DNA of 64,000 nucleotides, taken from NCBI GenBank assembly GCA_003023645.1, contig PXYQ01000001.1, forward strand, positions 258 through 64,257. The letters are read 5' to 3'. Origin of the DNA: Candidatus Arcticimaribacter sp. (GTDB lineage Bacteria; Bacteroidota; Bacteroidia; Flavobacteriales; Flavobacteriaceae). Shown here one piece after another: positions 9,783-19,429 of the stretch (positions are counted from its first letter, which is position 1; each line of letters starts with the position of its first letter). Position numbers and translations under genes: made by a program. The notes beneath the pieces are model-generated. The model had not been told where the DNA came from, searched no databases, and worked only from the letters and a program-made list of their open reading frames with translations.

Positions 9783-10862
9783 TTATTCGATTACTTCAAC
9801 AATCTCTAATTCAAAGATTAAGTTAGATCGTGGAGGTATACCTTGTCTGCCTTGTTCTCCGTATGCAAGTGTATAAGGAATGAAAATGGTTGCCTTATCA
9901 CCAGTTCTTAATAAACGTAAACCTTCTTTAAATCCTTCAATCATTTGAGCTTCTGGGCTACAATCAGCGGGAATAGGTTGATACGCTTTAGCCGCTTTAC
10001 GCTGTTCGTTTACTGCGTCTAGTGCTTCTGCAATTGTCAAGTCGCTTGTTTCAAGTAAAGTTCCATCTTCAAAGTAAACTGCATAATGTGTTTGTGCTTT
10101 GTATGTAGAAGTAACCTTAGGTCCATCTCCTTTTGTTGTAATGATGTATTGGAGTCCTGATTCTGTAGTCGTTGCTTTTGCTTTTTGCCCTTCAAACTTA
10201 TCTTGTGTATTCAGTTTGATGATTTGTTGACGCTCTTCTTTATCTGCTTTTTCAGCTTCGAGTTCCTGAAAGTGATTTTTGAAAATAGAAGGAGCTTTAA
10301 ATTTTTTCGCATCAGATCCTTTGCGGATGATGGTTACTTTTCTAATGGTATCATTTTGTGCAATACTGTCAACTACACTTTGACCGATTACAACCTTTCC
10401 AAATACAGTATGTTTTCCATCCAACCAAGGTGTTGCTTTGTGGGTGATGAAAAACTGACTTCCATTGGTTCCAGGGCCTGAGTTTGCCATCGATAATATA
10501 CCAGGACCACTATGAGAAAGTTCAGCGTCGATTTCGTCGTTAAATTTATAACCAGGATCACCTGAACCTGTTGCGGTAGGGTCTCCTCCTTGAATCATAA
10601 AATCCTTAATTACACGGTGGAATACAAGACCATCGTAGTAGTTTTTGTTTTTGTAGTTTTCACTTACCAAATCATTTTCTCCTTCACTAAGAGAAACAAA
10701 GTTAGCAACTGTTATTGGTGTTTTTTCAAGCTCTAGAGATACAACGATAGAACCCTTGTTGGTTTCAATATCAGCATAAAGACCATTTTCAAGTTCTGGA
10801 TATTGTGAAGCACATCCTATTAAAAGGACTGTTAGTAGTGCGTAAAAGAAATTTTTTTTCAT
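9783..10862 (-). CDS. cyclophilin + FKBP fused peptidyl-prolyl isomerase (lipoprotein)
   Basis: LLIGC lipobox; FHRVIKDFMIQGGDP and NGSQFFITH..WLDGKHTVFG; C-terminal FKBP motif IPYTLAYG..GIPPRSNLIFE. Confidence 0.92.
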   Translation of the reverse strand: MKKNFFYALLTVLLIGCASQYPELENGLYADIETNKGSIVVSLELEKTPITVANFVSLSEGENDLVSENYKNKNYYDGLVFHRVIKDFMIQGGDPTATGSGDPGYKFNDEIDAELSHSGPGILSMANSGPGTNGSQFFITHKATPWLDGKHTVFGKVVIGQSVVDSIAQNDTIRKVTIIRKGSDAKKFKAPSIFKNHFQELEAEKADKEERQQIIKLNTQDKFEGQKAKATTTESGLQYIITTKGDGPKVTSTYKAQTHYAVYFEDGTLLETSDLTIAEALDAVNEQRKAAKAYQPIPADCSPEAQMIEGFKEGLRLLRTGDKATIFIPYTLAYGEQGRQGIPPRSNLIFELEIVEVIE

Positions 10863-10900
10863 GGGAATTGTTTGAATTAGTTTTGCAAAGATGCAAAAAA

Positions 10901-11437
10901 TTAATTTTTTATGGAATGTGATATTAATTTTATTGTAAATCGTAGGGGTTGATTAATTTCTACTTTTTCATCATCACCTTGATATCCGTAACAAAGATAG
11001 GATGGAAAAAGGAAGGTTGCGATTTCATTTACACTCAAAATTTTTACAGCTTCCCGAAGGGCTGGCAGTAGTTCTTCTTTATCAACTAAGTACTTTACGG
11101 TTCCGAGTTCCATTTCATCATAAAGCACGGTTCCATCTAAGGCTTCGATTTTATAGTTGAAACGCACCATATCACCTCTTTTGGGAAGTACTCTTTCATC
11201 CGATGAAACCAAGTAAGCATACCAAAAACCAGTAGACGAGGCCTTGTAGTTTAATGTTGAGTCTTGGGCAATTATTTTTTTAAATTGATTTTGTTGCTTC
11301 TTTATGATGTTCTTGTTCCGCTGAACGGAACCTTTGAGGAAGGATATCTTTGTTTCGTTGATCGGCTTTCGGGCTTGCGGCTCCGAACAGCCAATTAGCA
11401 AGCAAGACATAAGGAAGTAAAAACTAAAATTCCGCAT
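10901..11437 (-). CDS. gldI: gliding motility lipoprotein GldI (FKBP-like)
   Basis: LLIGC..PQARKP, SSTGFWY, FPSYLCYGYQGD; lies between a DHH protein and a PPIase as in Flavobacteria. Confidence 0.85.
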   Translation of the reverse strand: MRNFSFYFLMSCLLIGCSEPQARKPINETKISFLKGSVQRNKNIIKKQQNQFKKIIAQDSTLNYKASSTGFWYAYLVSSDERVLPKRGDMVRFNYKIEALDGTVLYDEMELGTVKYLVDKEELLPALREAVKILSVNEIATFLFPSYLCYGYQGDDEKVEINQPLRFTIKLISHSIKN

Positions 11438-11439
11438 AC

Positions 11440-12450
11440 CTAGCTGAGTTGATCTTTATATTCAAGGATGGTTTGGTGTACCTTTTCTTTAGTAACTGCA
11501 AGACTTTCATGCGATGCTCCTCCGGCAGCATTGTTATGTCCGCCTCCGTTGAAGTGTTTGCGAGCAAACTCATTTACATTGAATGTTCCTTTAGATCGGA
11601 ACGACATTTTAACAATATTCTCTTGGGTGTTTTCAATCATAATGATAGCCAATTCAATGCCCTCTAAACTGAGACCATAATTTACAAAGCCGTCGGTATC
11701 TCCTTTTTTGAAGTCACATGAGTTTAGGTCTTCTTGACTTAGGGTAATATAAACCGCTTGAAGTGGTTCTACTTTTACGAGATTGGAAAGTGCTCTGCCC
11801 AAAAGCTGTAAACGTCCAAAACTATAGGTGTCGTATGTTTTTTGGTGAATCTGGGCATGATCAATACCCAAGTCCAATAAGTTAGAAACGATACTGTGGG
11901 TGATTGGCGTTGTCGATTGAAATCGGAAAGAACCACTGTCGGTCATAATTCCGGTATAGATGCACGTAGCAATTGTTTTATTTATTTTCGAAACATCGAG
12001 AGCTTCCATGACATTGTATACCATTTCGCAAGTAGAACCCAAACTAGGATCAGAATACATTAAGTCAGCATAGTCATCGGGCTGTTCATGATGATCAATC
12101 ATCACTTTAATTCCTTTGCAGCTATTGATAACTTCATCCATAGGCTTTATTCTGCCTAAGCTGTTGAAGTCAAAGGTGAAAATTAGATCAGCGTCAAAAA
12201 GTAGTTTTTGACAGGCCTCTTCCTCTTTGTTATATTTGATAATGGTTTCTTGACCAGGGATCCAATCCAAGAATTTCGGGTATTCATTGGGCGAAATCAC
12301 CGTGCAGCTGTGCCCCATTTGATCGATAAAATGTTTCCAGCCTAAGCAACTGCCTAAGGCGTCGCCATCTGGGTTTTTGTGTGGAATAACAACAATCTTT
12401 TTAGGTGATGCGAGTTGTTCTCTTAAAGCTGGAATAAAGTTATTTGTCAT
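11440..12450 (-). CDS. nrnA: DHH-family nanoRNase/pAp phosphatase (NrnA-like)
   Basis: HKNPDGDALGS, IDHH, TDSGSF, GGGHNNAAG; start placed at MTNNF. Confidence 0.85.
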   Translation of the reverse strand: MTNNFIPALREQLASPKKIVVIPHKNPDGDALGSCLGWKHFIDQMGHSCTVISPNEYPKFLDWIPGQETIIKYNKEEEACQKLLFDADLIFTFDFNSLGRIKPMDEVINSCKGIKVMIDHHEQPDDYADLMYSDPSLGSTCEMVYNVMEALDVSKINKTIATCIYTGIMTDSGSFRFQSTTPITHSIVSNLLDLGIDHAQIHQKTYDTYSFGRLQLLGRALSNLVKVEPLQAVYITLSQEDLNSCDFKKGDTDGFVNYGLSLEGIELAIIMIENTQENIVKMSFRSKGTFNVNEFARKHFNGGGHNNAAGGASHESLAVTKEKVHQTILEYKDQLS

Positions 12451-12600
12451 AGCAGGGCTAAGATACCAATCCTTTCTCAAAAAAATATACTGTTTTTTAG
12501 ATTATATTAATGAGTTTAACATGAAGAGAGTCAAAAGAAAACAATAGAATCCTCTGTGTTAAAAATGTCTCTTTCTGGCTTCAATGTCAGTTGGTTTTAA

Positions 12601-12608
12601 TAAGTTTG
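12601..12608 (+). promoter_or_regulatory. -7 element (TAAGTTTG) upstream of ndk
   Basis: Exact TAnnTTTG match 22 nt before the ATG. Confidence 0.6.
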
Positions 12609-12630
12609 CAGCAGAAATAAAAACTATACT

Positions 12631-13050
12631 ATGACAACAAATCGTACGTTCACGATGATTAAACCAGATGCTGTTGAAAACGGACACATCGGATCTATTT
12701 TAGAAAAAATCACATCAGCTGGATTTAAAATTGCAGCGCTCAAAAAAACACAGTTAACACTTGCGGATGCAGAAGCGTTTTATAGCGTTCACAGCGAACG
12801 ACCTTTCTTTGGAGAGCTTGTTGAATTTATGACCAGAGGTCCTATTGTTGCCGCTATTCTTGAAAAAGATAATGCAGTTAATGACTTCCGTGTACTTATC
12901 GGTGCTACTAACCCAGCAGATGCTGCCGAAGGAACTATACGTAGTTTGTATGCAACCTCAATGGGCGAAAATGCAGTTCATGGTTCTGATAGCGATGAAA
13001 ATGCAGCGATTGAAGGTGCTTTCCATTTTTCTGGAAGAGAGATCTTTTAA
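12631..13050 (+). CDS. ndk: nucleoside diphosphate kinase
   Basis: [24 protein letters not shown]. Confidence 0.97.
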   Translation: MTTNRTFTMIKPDAVENGHIGSILEKITSAGFKIAALKKTQLTLADAEAFYSVHSERPFFGELVEFMTRGPIVAAILEKDNAVNDFRVLIGATNPADAAEGTIRSLYATSMGENAVHGSDSDENAAIEGAFHFSGREIF

Positions 13051-13349
13051 CGCAAAACCAATTTAGATATAATTTCTGCGCCGAGCGTTTCGTTCAAATG
13101 GCGCAGAATTTTATCCTTTCCATACGACAATTCTTCTCTAAGCGGGGCTGAAGTGAGGTTTACAAAAAGTGTAGTTCCCCGAAAGCTAACTTCTTGAGTA
13201 TACTGAGCCACACTAGAACCCATTGTTGTTTCCCAAGCTTGTTCCACACGCACCTTTGTTATACCGCCTTTAATGTTTTTTTGATTGATCAATTCTCCTA
13301 ATACTTCAGAGATGGATTGAGGTTCAAAAGATCTTTTTTTCTTTGCCAT
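13047..13349 (-). CDS. DUF721 (DciA-like) protein
   Basis: W..MG..VAQYT...[17 protein letters not shown] pattern; downstream of recF. Confidence 0.8.
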   Translation of the reverse strand: MAKKKRSFEPQSISEVLGELINQKNIKGGITKVRVEQAWETTMGSSVAQYTQEVSFRGTTLFVNLTSAPLREELSYGKDKILRHLNETLGAEIISKLVLR

Positions 13350-13353
13350 GAAA

Positions 13354-13773
13354 TTAGATGCTTATTTTTTCATGACGTTTATAGACATAGGTTTTATCGC
13401 TGTGTTCTAATTCTAAATGAGTTGCGCTAATAGAGATGATTTTTTCTTTCCATGGTTGAAGCGCCTCTTTGTATTCTACGTAAAAACTTCCCTCTAAACT
13501 TATTATCGAGAAATCAAATTGATCTTCAGAGCTATTGTAGTTTCCACTAAAACTTGGCGCTAGTTTCTTGCGGTATCCTGTCGTTGAATCTAGTTGATAA
13601 AAATCAACTAAAATAGCTCCTCCTCTGGGAGTGAACGTCTCTCCGTTTGATTTAACTTTTTCAATTTCCCAATAGCCATTGAGGTGTATTAAGTCCTTTT
13701 CTGATACCGAAGTACAGCTTGAAATTATAAGTCCAATTGTTAATAGAAAGAATTTTGAAATGGTTTTTTTCAT
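13354..13773 (-). CDS. lipocalin-like lipoprotein
   Basis: ISSC lipobox; LNGYWEIEKV (G-x-W lipocalin motif). Confidence 0.65.
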   Translation of the reverse strand: MKKTISKFFLLTIGLIISSCTSVSEKDLIHLNGYWEIEKVKSNGETFTPRGGAILVDFYQLDSTTGYRKKLAPSFSGNYNSSEDQFDFSIISLEGSFYVEYKEALQPWKEKIISISATHLELEHSDKTYVYKRHEKISI

Positions 13774-13814
13774 GAGAAATGAATGGATATTTATAGCATT
13801 TTAAAGGTAAGAAT

Positions 13815-14897
13815 TTAACTGAGATTAAAAACTTTATATGATAATTGGGTCGTTTTTAATGCTTCCATAGTTCGATCTTCGTGCGTGTCTGAAAGGAAAA
13901 TTTGTCCGAAGTGATTTTCTTCCACCAATTGCATAATCAAACCTACTCGGTTTTGATCGAGCTTGTCAAATACATCATCTAAAAGAACAATAGGAGGTAC
14001 GCCTGCTATTTTTTTGATGAAATCGAACTGAGCCAATTTAAGCGCAATTAAGAAAGATTTTTGTTGCCCCTGACTTCCAAATTTTTTGATGGGCTGCCCA
14101 CTTATTGAGAAAAATAAATCCTCTTTGTGAATTCCTACAGTACTGAATTGTGCCATGCGATCCTTGGGCAATTGATCTTTTAGTAATTCTGCAAAAGATG
14201 AGTCGATCAAAGAACTTTCATACGCTAGGGTTACTTCCTCTTCCGACTTACTAATACTTTGGTAATGTTGTTCGAAAATGGGAGTAAAATCGGCTAAAAA
14301 TTCTTTCCTTTTTTCATGAATTGGAGTGCCCAGTTCGATCATTTTTTGATCGTATATATCCAGTGTTTCCGGTTCAAAGGTTTGGTTGGCTGCAAAGTAT
14401 TTTAAAAGAGCATTTCGCTGGCTTATGATCTTGGTGTAGTTCAGTAATTGATTCAAATAAGTGCTATCTGTTTGACCAATAACACCATCCATGAATTTTC
14501 GTCGAATGCTACTTCCTTCGGTTATTAAATCTCGATCGGAAGGGGAGATGATTACGAGTGGCAATAAACCAATATGATCTGCAATTTTCTCATACACCTT
14601 TCCGTTACGCTTCAATACCTTTTTATGCCCTTTTTTGAGACTGCATACTATTTTTTCGCTTTGCTCATTTTTCTCAAAAACACCGTCTAAAGCAAAAAAA
14701 TCGGTATCGAATTGAATGTTTTGAACAGCAGTAGGATTAAAATATCCTTTGGCAAAACACAGATGATATATAGCATCTAAAATATTGGACTTCCCAACAC
14801 CATTATTTCCAATGAAGCAATTGATTCTGGCATCGAATTCAAAGCTTTCAGAGCTGATGTTTTTGTATTGAGTAAGGGAAAGACTTTTGAGTTTCAT
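13815..14897 (-). CDS. recF: DNA replication/repair protein RecF
   Basis: Walker A GNNGVGKS; signature GSQGQQKS; Walker [11 protein letters not shown]. Confidence 0.96.
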   Translation of the reverse strand: MKLKSLSLTQYKNISSESFEFDARINCFIGNNGVGKSNILDAIYHLCFAKGYFNPTAVQNIQFDTDFFALDGVFEKNEQSEKIVCSLKKGHKKVLKRNGKVYEKIADHIGLLPLVIISPSDRDLITEGSSIRRKFMDGVIGQTDSTYLNQLLNYTKIISQRNALLKYFAANQTFEPETLDIYDQKMIELGTPIHEKRKEFLADFTPIFEQHYQSISKSEEEVTLAYESSLIDSSFAELLKDQLPKDRMAQFSTVGIHKEDLFFSISGQPIKKFGSQGQQKSFLIALKLAQFDFIKKIAGVPPIVLLDDVFDKLDQNRVGLIMQLVEENHFGQIFLSDTHEDRTMEALKTTQLSYKVFNLS

Positions 14898-14902
14898 GAA
14901 TA

Positions 14903-14910
14903 CAAATATA
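14903..14910 (-). promoter_or_regulatory. -7 element (TATATTTG) upstream of recF
   Basis: Exact match 5 nt before the ATG, implying a near-leaderless mRNA. Confidence 0.6.
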
Positions 14911-15004
14911 AGGATTCAACAGGAGGATTACTTATTTTTAAAAGCACATTCTGTTGAATCATTAGGTTTTATTTGTCCCTTCTCTTTTTGTGGTTTATTC
15001 TTCT

Positions 15005-15012
15005 TAATTTTG
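15005..15012 (+). promoter_or_regulatory. -7 element (TAATTTTG) upstream of the TonB-dependent receptor
   Basis: Exact match; favours the TTG start at 15024 over 14973. Confidence 0.5.
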
Positions 15013-15023
15013 AAAAAAAACAA

Positions 15024-17060
15024 TTGAATTTTAAATCATTTTCAATCCTACTTTTATTAGGATGTAGTTATACCCTTAGTGCGCAAATTGATTCCCTACA
15101 GACAATAAACTTAAAACCCATTGAAGTTTCCGCCACACGGATTTCGGGTTCCTTATTAGAAGCCACTTGGTCTGTTACGAAACTGGATTTTAAAAAGCAA
15201 CAAGATCAAATGCAACAACTCTCGTTCAGTGAGTATGTTCAGGGAGTTCCGGGTTTATTCGCATTAAACAGTAATAATTTCTCTCAAGATTTACGTATTT
15301 CTATTCGAGGTTTTGGGGCACGTTCTGCTTTTGGAATTCGTGGCATCAAGATTTTAGTTGACGGTATACCAGAGACTACTCCCGATGGGCAGGGTCAAAT
15401 CGATAATTTAGCATTGGGTAGCATTGCCTCTGTTGAGGTTATACGTGGACCGTCGTCTTTGTTGTACGGTAATGCTGCGGGAGGGGTTATAAGTATCAGA
15501 ACAAAAAGTGATGTTGAGAAAAATTATATTAAACCAGGATTTACAATTGGTAGGTTTGGGATGGAAAACTTCCAAATTGAAACTGGTGTAAGGAAAAATA
15601 ACACCTCATTAATTATATCCGCAAATAAAATAAAAACAGATGGATATAGAATTCAAAGTGGTTTCAAGAGTAGTGGTGTCAATGCTAAAGTTAAACATGA
15701 AATTTTAGATAAAACTGAAATTAACGTATTGTTTAATTATACCAATAGTCCAGTTGCGGAGGATGCTGGTGGACTAAATTTTGATTCCGTTGCTGAGGAT
15801 CGCTCGCAGGCTCGTGATAGAAATGTTAGCTATCGAACTCAAGAAGCTGTTGAGCAATTTAAAACTGGCCTTTCGGTACAGCATAAATTCAATTCAAAAT
15901 TGAACCTCTCGACTTATGGATTTTATGCAACTCGAGATTTTAACGCAAAACTGCCTTTTGGTTTTGGTGGCTCGGTGTATTTGGACCGTAATTATTTTGG
16001 GCAAGGAGCTCAGTTGAGTTACAAAACAGGAAGCCCAAACGGTCATAACGTTCAACTCGGATACAGTTGGTCTAAGCAAGCAGATGTAAGGAAAAGATAT
16101 TTTAATAATAAAGGAGTCAATGGCGATATAACACTAATTCAAAGTGAATTATTCAATGCTTTAGGGTTTTATGTAATGGACGAGATTTCTTTTGGTAAAT
16201 ATAAAATTCTTGGAGGGTTGCGATACGATTCAAACAAACTTGAAGCAATTGACTATTTCATTTCAAACGGAGATGATAGTGATAGGTTATCTTTAAACTC
16301 TTGGAACTCTTCTTTAGGTGTGAATTATAAAATGAACAATAAAAGTTTTTTATTTACTTCTATTGGAACAAGCTTTGAAACACCTGTTTTGAGTGAGCTT
16401 TCTGCGAATCCGAGTGGAGGAGGAGGTTTCAATTCCTCTTTATCTGCTCAAAGAGCATTGAACAAAGAAATTGGATACCGATATTTTACTAGTAAATGGT
16501 TTTTAGAAGCTGTGTTTTTTGATATCAAAACATCAAATGATTTAGTTCCCTACGAATTACAATCTTTTCCAGACAGAACGTTTTATAGGAATGCAGGAAA
16601 AACGAATCGTACTGGTTTAGAATTAAGCTTCTCTAAACAAGTATCCGAATACCTAAATACAAAGTTCAGTTATACCTATTCCAATTTCACTTACAAATAT
16701 TTTCAAAACGGAGAAGTTGATTTAGCAGGGAATCAACTTCCTGGGATACCCAAACACATGGCTTCTTTTACTTCAACGATAGTTAAATCCGGTTGGTACA
16801 TTAACCTAATTACTCGTTTCCAAGGAAGCCTATTTGCAGATGATGCTAATCAAGTAAAAGAAAAGGCATTTTTTGTATCGAATCTGAATGTAAGTTTTAG
16901 TAGCGGAAAAGGTGCTGTTAAATGGACTCCTTTCTTTGGAGTTAACAATTTGTGGAATACGATCTATAACGATAACATTAGAGTCAATGCATTTGGAGGA
17001 CGCTATTATGAGCCAGCACCAACACGTCATATTTTTGGGGGAATACGTCTAGCGCTCTAG
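15024..17060 (+). CDS. TonB-dependent receptor, YncD/PqqU-like
   Basis: Plug NFSQDLRISIRGFGARSAFGIRGIKILVDGIPETTPDGQGQ and VEVIRGPSSLLYGNAAGGVI; C-terminus GRYYEPAP; signal peptide from the in-frame TTG at 15024. Confidence 0.85.
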   Translation: MNFKSFSILLLLGCSYTLSAQIDSLQTINLKPIEVSATRISGSLLEATWSVTKLDFKKQQDQMQQLSFSEYVQGVPGLFALNSNNFSQDLRISIRGFGARSAFGIRGIKILVDGIPETTPDGQGQIDNLALGSIASVEVIRGPSSLLYGNAAGGVISIRTKSDVEKNYIKPGFTIGRFGMENFQIETGVRKNNTSLIISANKIKTDGYRIQSGFKSSGVNAKVKHEILDKTEINVLFNYTNSPVAEDAGGLNFDSVAEDRSQARDRNVSYRTQEAVEQFKTGLSVQHKFNSKLNLSTYGFYATRDFNAKLPFGFGGSVYLDRNYFGQGAQLSYKTGSPNGHNVQLGYSWSKQADVRKRYFNNKGVNGDITLIQSELFNALGFYVMDEISFGKYKILGGLRYDSNKLEAIDYFISNGDDSDRLSLNSWNSSLGVNYKMNNKSFLFTSIGTSFETPVLSELSANPSGGGGFNSSLSAQRALNKEIGYRYFTSKWFLEAVFFDIKTSNDLVPYELQSFPDRTFYRNAGKTNRTGLELSFSKQVSEYLNTKFSYTYSNFTYKYFQNGEVDLAGNQLPGIPKHMASFTSTIVKSGWYINLITRFQGSLFADDANQVKEKAFFVSNLNVSFSSGKGAVKWTPFFGVNNLWNTIYNDNIRVNAFGGRYYEPAPTRHIFGGIRLAL

Positions 17061-17605
17061 TCATCGGTAAAATGTGAGGTTCGCTTGGGTTTTGCAAATT
17101 TTCCTTGATTGTATGCTGCTGATTTTCCAAAAGGGATTGAGAGGGAATGCCAGTTTTCGTTAGTTACCGTTTTTCCGATAAAAACAATTTGTCCCACATG
17201 ATATGCGTAATGCGCCAGTTGACGATGCAGTGCTGCTTGAACGGTTTGACCCATGTTGCGAATAAAAATTTCTTTGGTTAAATCCTCTTCTTTTAGTGTA
17301 TCAAGTGCGTCGAATAAACAACACCATCCCGATTCCCAAGCGTTTAGAATAGCTTCTTTTGTTTTTAATGTATCAATAAATTCATCATCCCGCTTACGCC
17401 ATTCTTTTTCTCCGTCTGAACGAAGAAAGTCCGTCCATCGTGACAGCATATTTCCGTTCATGTGTTTTACAATCTGTCCAATACTACTGCTTTCAGAACT
17501 GCTCTTCCAATTCATTTGATCTACGTCGAGTTGCTCAAAAGTGCGATCACCCAAAGCTTTGTAATGATAGAATTCTTTCTGTATGTTTTTTATGATCTGA
17601 GACAT
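17057..17605 (-). CDS. DUF1572 / DinB-like protein
   Basis: IVKHMNGNMLSRWTDFLRSDGEKEWRKRDDEF; RQLAHYAYHVGQI. Confidence 0.85.
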   Translation of the reverse strand: MSQIIKNIQKEFYHYKALGDRTFEQLDVDQMNWKSSSESSSIGQIVKHMNGNMLSRWTDFLRSDGEKEWRKRDDEFIDTLKTKEAILNAWESGWCCLFDALDTLKEEDLTKEIFIRNMGQTVQAALHRQLAHYAYHVGQIVFIGKTVTNENWHSLSIPFGKSAAYNQGKFAKPKRTSHFTDD

Positions 17606-17770
17606 GGGTATCGATTTTACTGTTTTAATAAAAAGAATAAAGGCTAAAAACCATTCAGTAAACGAAGTTTTTTAACCAAAATTATAGTCAGAATAAGATG
17701 AGAAAAAATTAAATATACTTCTTTCTTTTAAAATATGAAAAATGAGCTTTCTGAATTAGAATAAAAAGGT

Positions 17771-17778
17771 TATTTTTG
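17771..17778 (+). promoter_or_regulatory. -7 element (TATTTTTG) upstream of the TPR-ribH operon
   Basis: Exact TAnnTTTG match 19 nt before the ATG. Confidence 0.5.
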
Positions 17779-17797
17779 GGAACTTTAAAAACCCACA

Positions 17798-18562
17798 ATG
17801 GCTACATATAAAAAACGCGGAGCAAAAAAATCAGTTACTAAATCTGATTTAAGCGAACACCAAACGGATAGTACAACTGCTGAAGTTTTCGAAACTCTCG
17901 ATACTACAGCGTCTAAGGCTGAGGAGTTTGTTGCGAAATATCAAAATGTAATTTTGATCGTAATCAGTGTTGTTACTGTTGGAGTTTTAGGCTCTTTAGG
18001 ATACCAATCTCTTGTAGTTGAACCCAATTCAAGAGAAGCTGTTGGTGAATTGAATCAAGCACAATACTATTTTAACCTTGCAGTGAATGGTCAAGACAAC
18101 GACTCTCTGTACGCTCGTTCCATTCGTGGCGGCGAAGGAAAGTATGGTTTTGATGATATTATAGAAAATTACGGTGGTACTCCTGCTGCAGATCTAGCAT
18201 CGTTTAGTGCTGGAATGGCATATTTGAATATGAAGGATTACAATGCTGCAATTGAATACTTGAATGACTTTAGCTCAGATGATATTCTATTGAGCGCTTT
18301 AGCCAAAGGAGCTATAGGTGATGCTTATGCTCAATTAGATCAAAGTGATCAGGCATTGAACTATTACACTCAAGCTATTAAGGCAAGCGAAAACGCGTAT
18401 ACTTCTCCTAAATATTTATTTAAAGCCGGTCTATTGAGTAGTGCTTTGGATAAAAATAGTCAAGCGTTATCTTACTTTAAGCGTATCAAAAATGATTATC
18501 CAACTTCAGAAGAAGCTTCTCAAGTTGAAATCCAAATTGGTCGTTTAGAAAACCTAAACTAA
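17798..18562 (+). CDS. membrane-anchored TPR protein (YfgM-like)
   Basis: MATYKKRG N-terminus, one TM helix, TPR repeats. Confidence 0.8.
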   Translation: MATYKKRGAKKSVTKSDLSEHQTDSTTAEVFETLDTTASKAEEFVAKYQNVILIVISVVTVGVLGSLGYQSLVVEPNSREAVGELNQAQYYFNLAVNGQDNDSLYARSIRGGEGKYGFDDIIENYGGTPAADLASFSAGMAYLNMKDYNAAIEYLNDFSSDDILLSALAKGAIGDAYAQLDQSDQALNYYTQAIKASENAYTSPKYLFKAGLLSSALDKNSQALSYFKRIKNDYPTSEEASQVEIQIGRLENLN

Positions 18563-18568
18563 TTTTTC

Positions 18569-19051
18569 ATGGCAACGGCTAATACGAATCTATCCGTTTA
18601 TGATGCCGATGAAGTTCCTTCTGGGAAAAACTTTTCTGTAGCTATAGTTGTTGCAGAATGGAATACTCAGATTACAGAACCTCTTTTTCAAGGTGCTTAC
18701 GATACCCTTCTTCAACATGAAGTATCGGCTAGCAAAATAGCGCGTATCAATGTGCCAGGTAGTTTTGAGTTGATCTATGGTGCCAAGCATGCTCAGTCCA
18801 AAGGATTCGATGCTGTTATCGTTATCGGTAGCGTGATTCAAGGAGAGACGAAGCATTTTGATTTTGTTTGTGAAGGGGTTGCTCAAGGGATCAAAGACTT
18901 GAATATACAATCTACAATTCCTGTTATCTTTTGTGTACTAACAGACAATAACCTGCAACAAGCTATTGATCGTTCTGGTGGAAAACACGGAAATAAAGGC
19001 ATTGAAGCTGCAGTTGCAGCACTGAAAATGGCGCAGCTCTCTAAGCAATAA
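18569..19051 (+). CDS. ribH: 6,7-dimethyl-8-ribityllumazine synthase
   Basis: VPGSFEL, GSVIQGETKHFDFVC, GNKGIEAA. Confidence 0.96.
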   Translation: MATANTNLSVYDADEVPSGKNFSVAIVVAEWNTQITEPLFQGAYDTLLQHEVSASKIARINVPGSFELIYGAKHAQSKGFDAVIVIGSVIQGETKHFDFVCEGVAQGIKDLNIQSTIPVIFCVLTDNNLQQAIDRSGGKHGNKGIEAAVAALKMAQLSKQ

Positions 19052-19134
19052 GTTGTCAACATTACGTTACTTCTCTCACGTCGCTATTGCGATTCTAGTA
19101 AAATCAATGTATTTTTATGTTTTAAGGAAAACCT

Positions 19135-19425
19135 ATGTTTAAAGCAAACCTTTTTAAATTGAATCGCAACAAGCGATACAATTACACGCCCCGTTATTAT
19201 GAAGGTAAAACGATTGAAAACCTTTATGATTTCGACTCTAAGTTTAATAAGTATCGCGAAACGTATAATGCAAACGATCTCGGGAAGCAATGGGGCGACG
19301 CGCGTTTAGAAAGTAGAAATCGTGCCAATCGCAAGGTCACACCAACCTTGTTGATTATCATAGCAGTATTGATCCTTATTTTTTTATTTATTATAGATTT
19401 CGATCTATCTATTTTTTCGATCTAA
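19135..19425 (+). CDS. small membrane protein between ribH and mutL
   Basis: NKRYNYTPRYY motif and C-terminal TM helix. Confidence 0.7.
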   Translation: MFKANLFKLNRNKRYNYTPRYYEGKTIENLYDFDSKFNKYRETYNANDLGKQWGDARLESRNRANRKVTPTLLIIIAVLILIFLFIIDFDLSIFSI

Positions 19426-19429
19426 CTCC

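Noticed and set aside
17606-17797. Possible FMN riboswitch ahead of the ribH operon
   Set aside because: AT-rich spacer lacking the conserved FMN riboswitch motifs.
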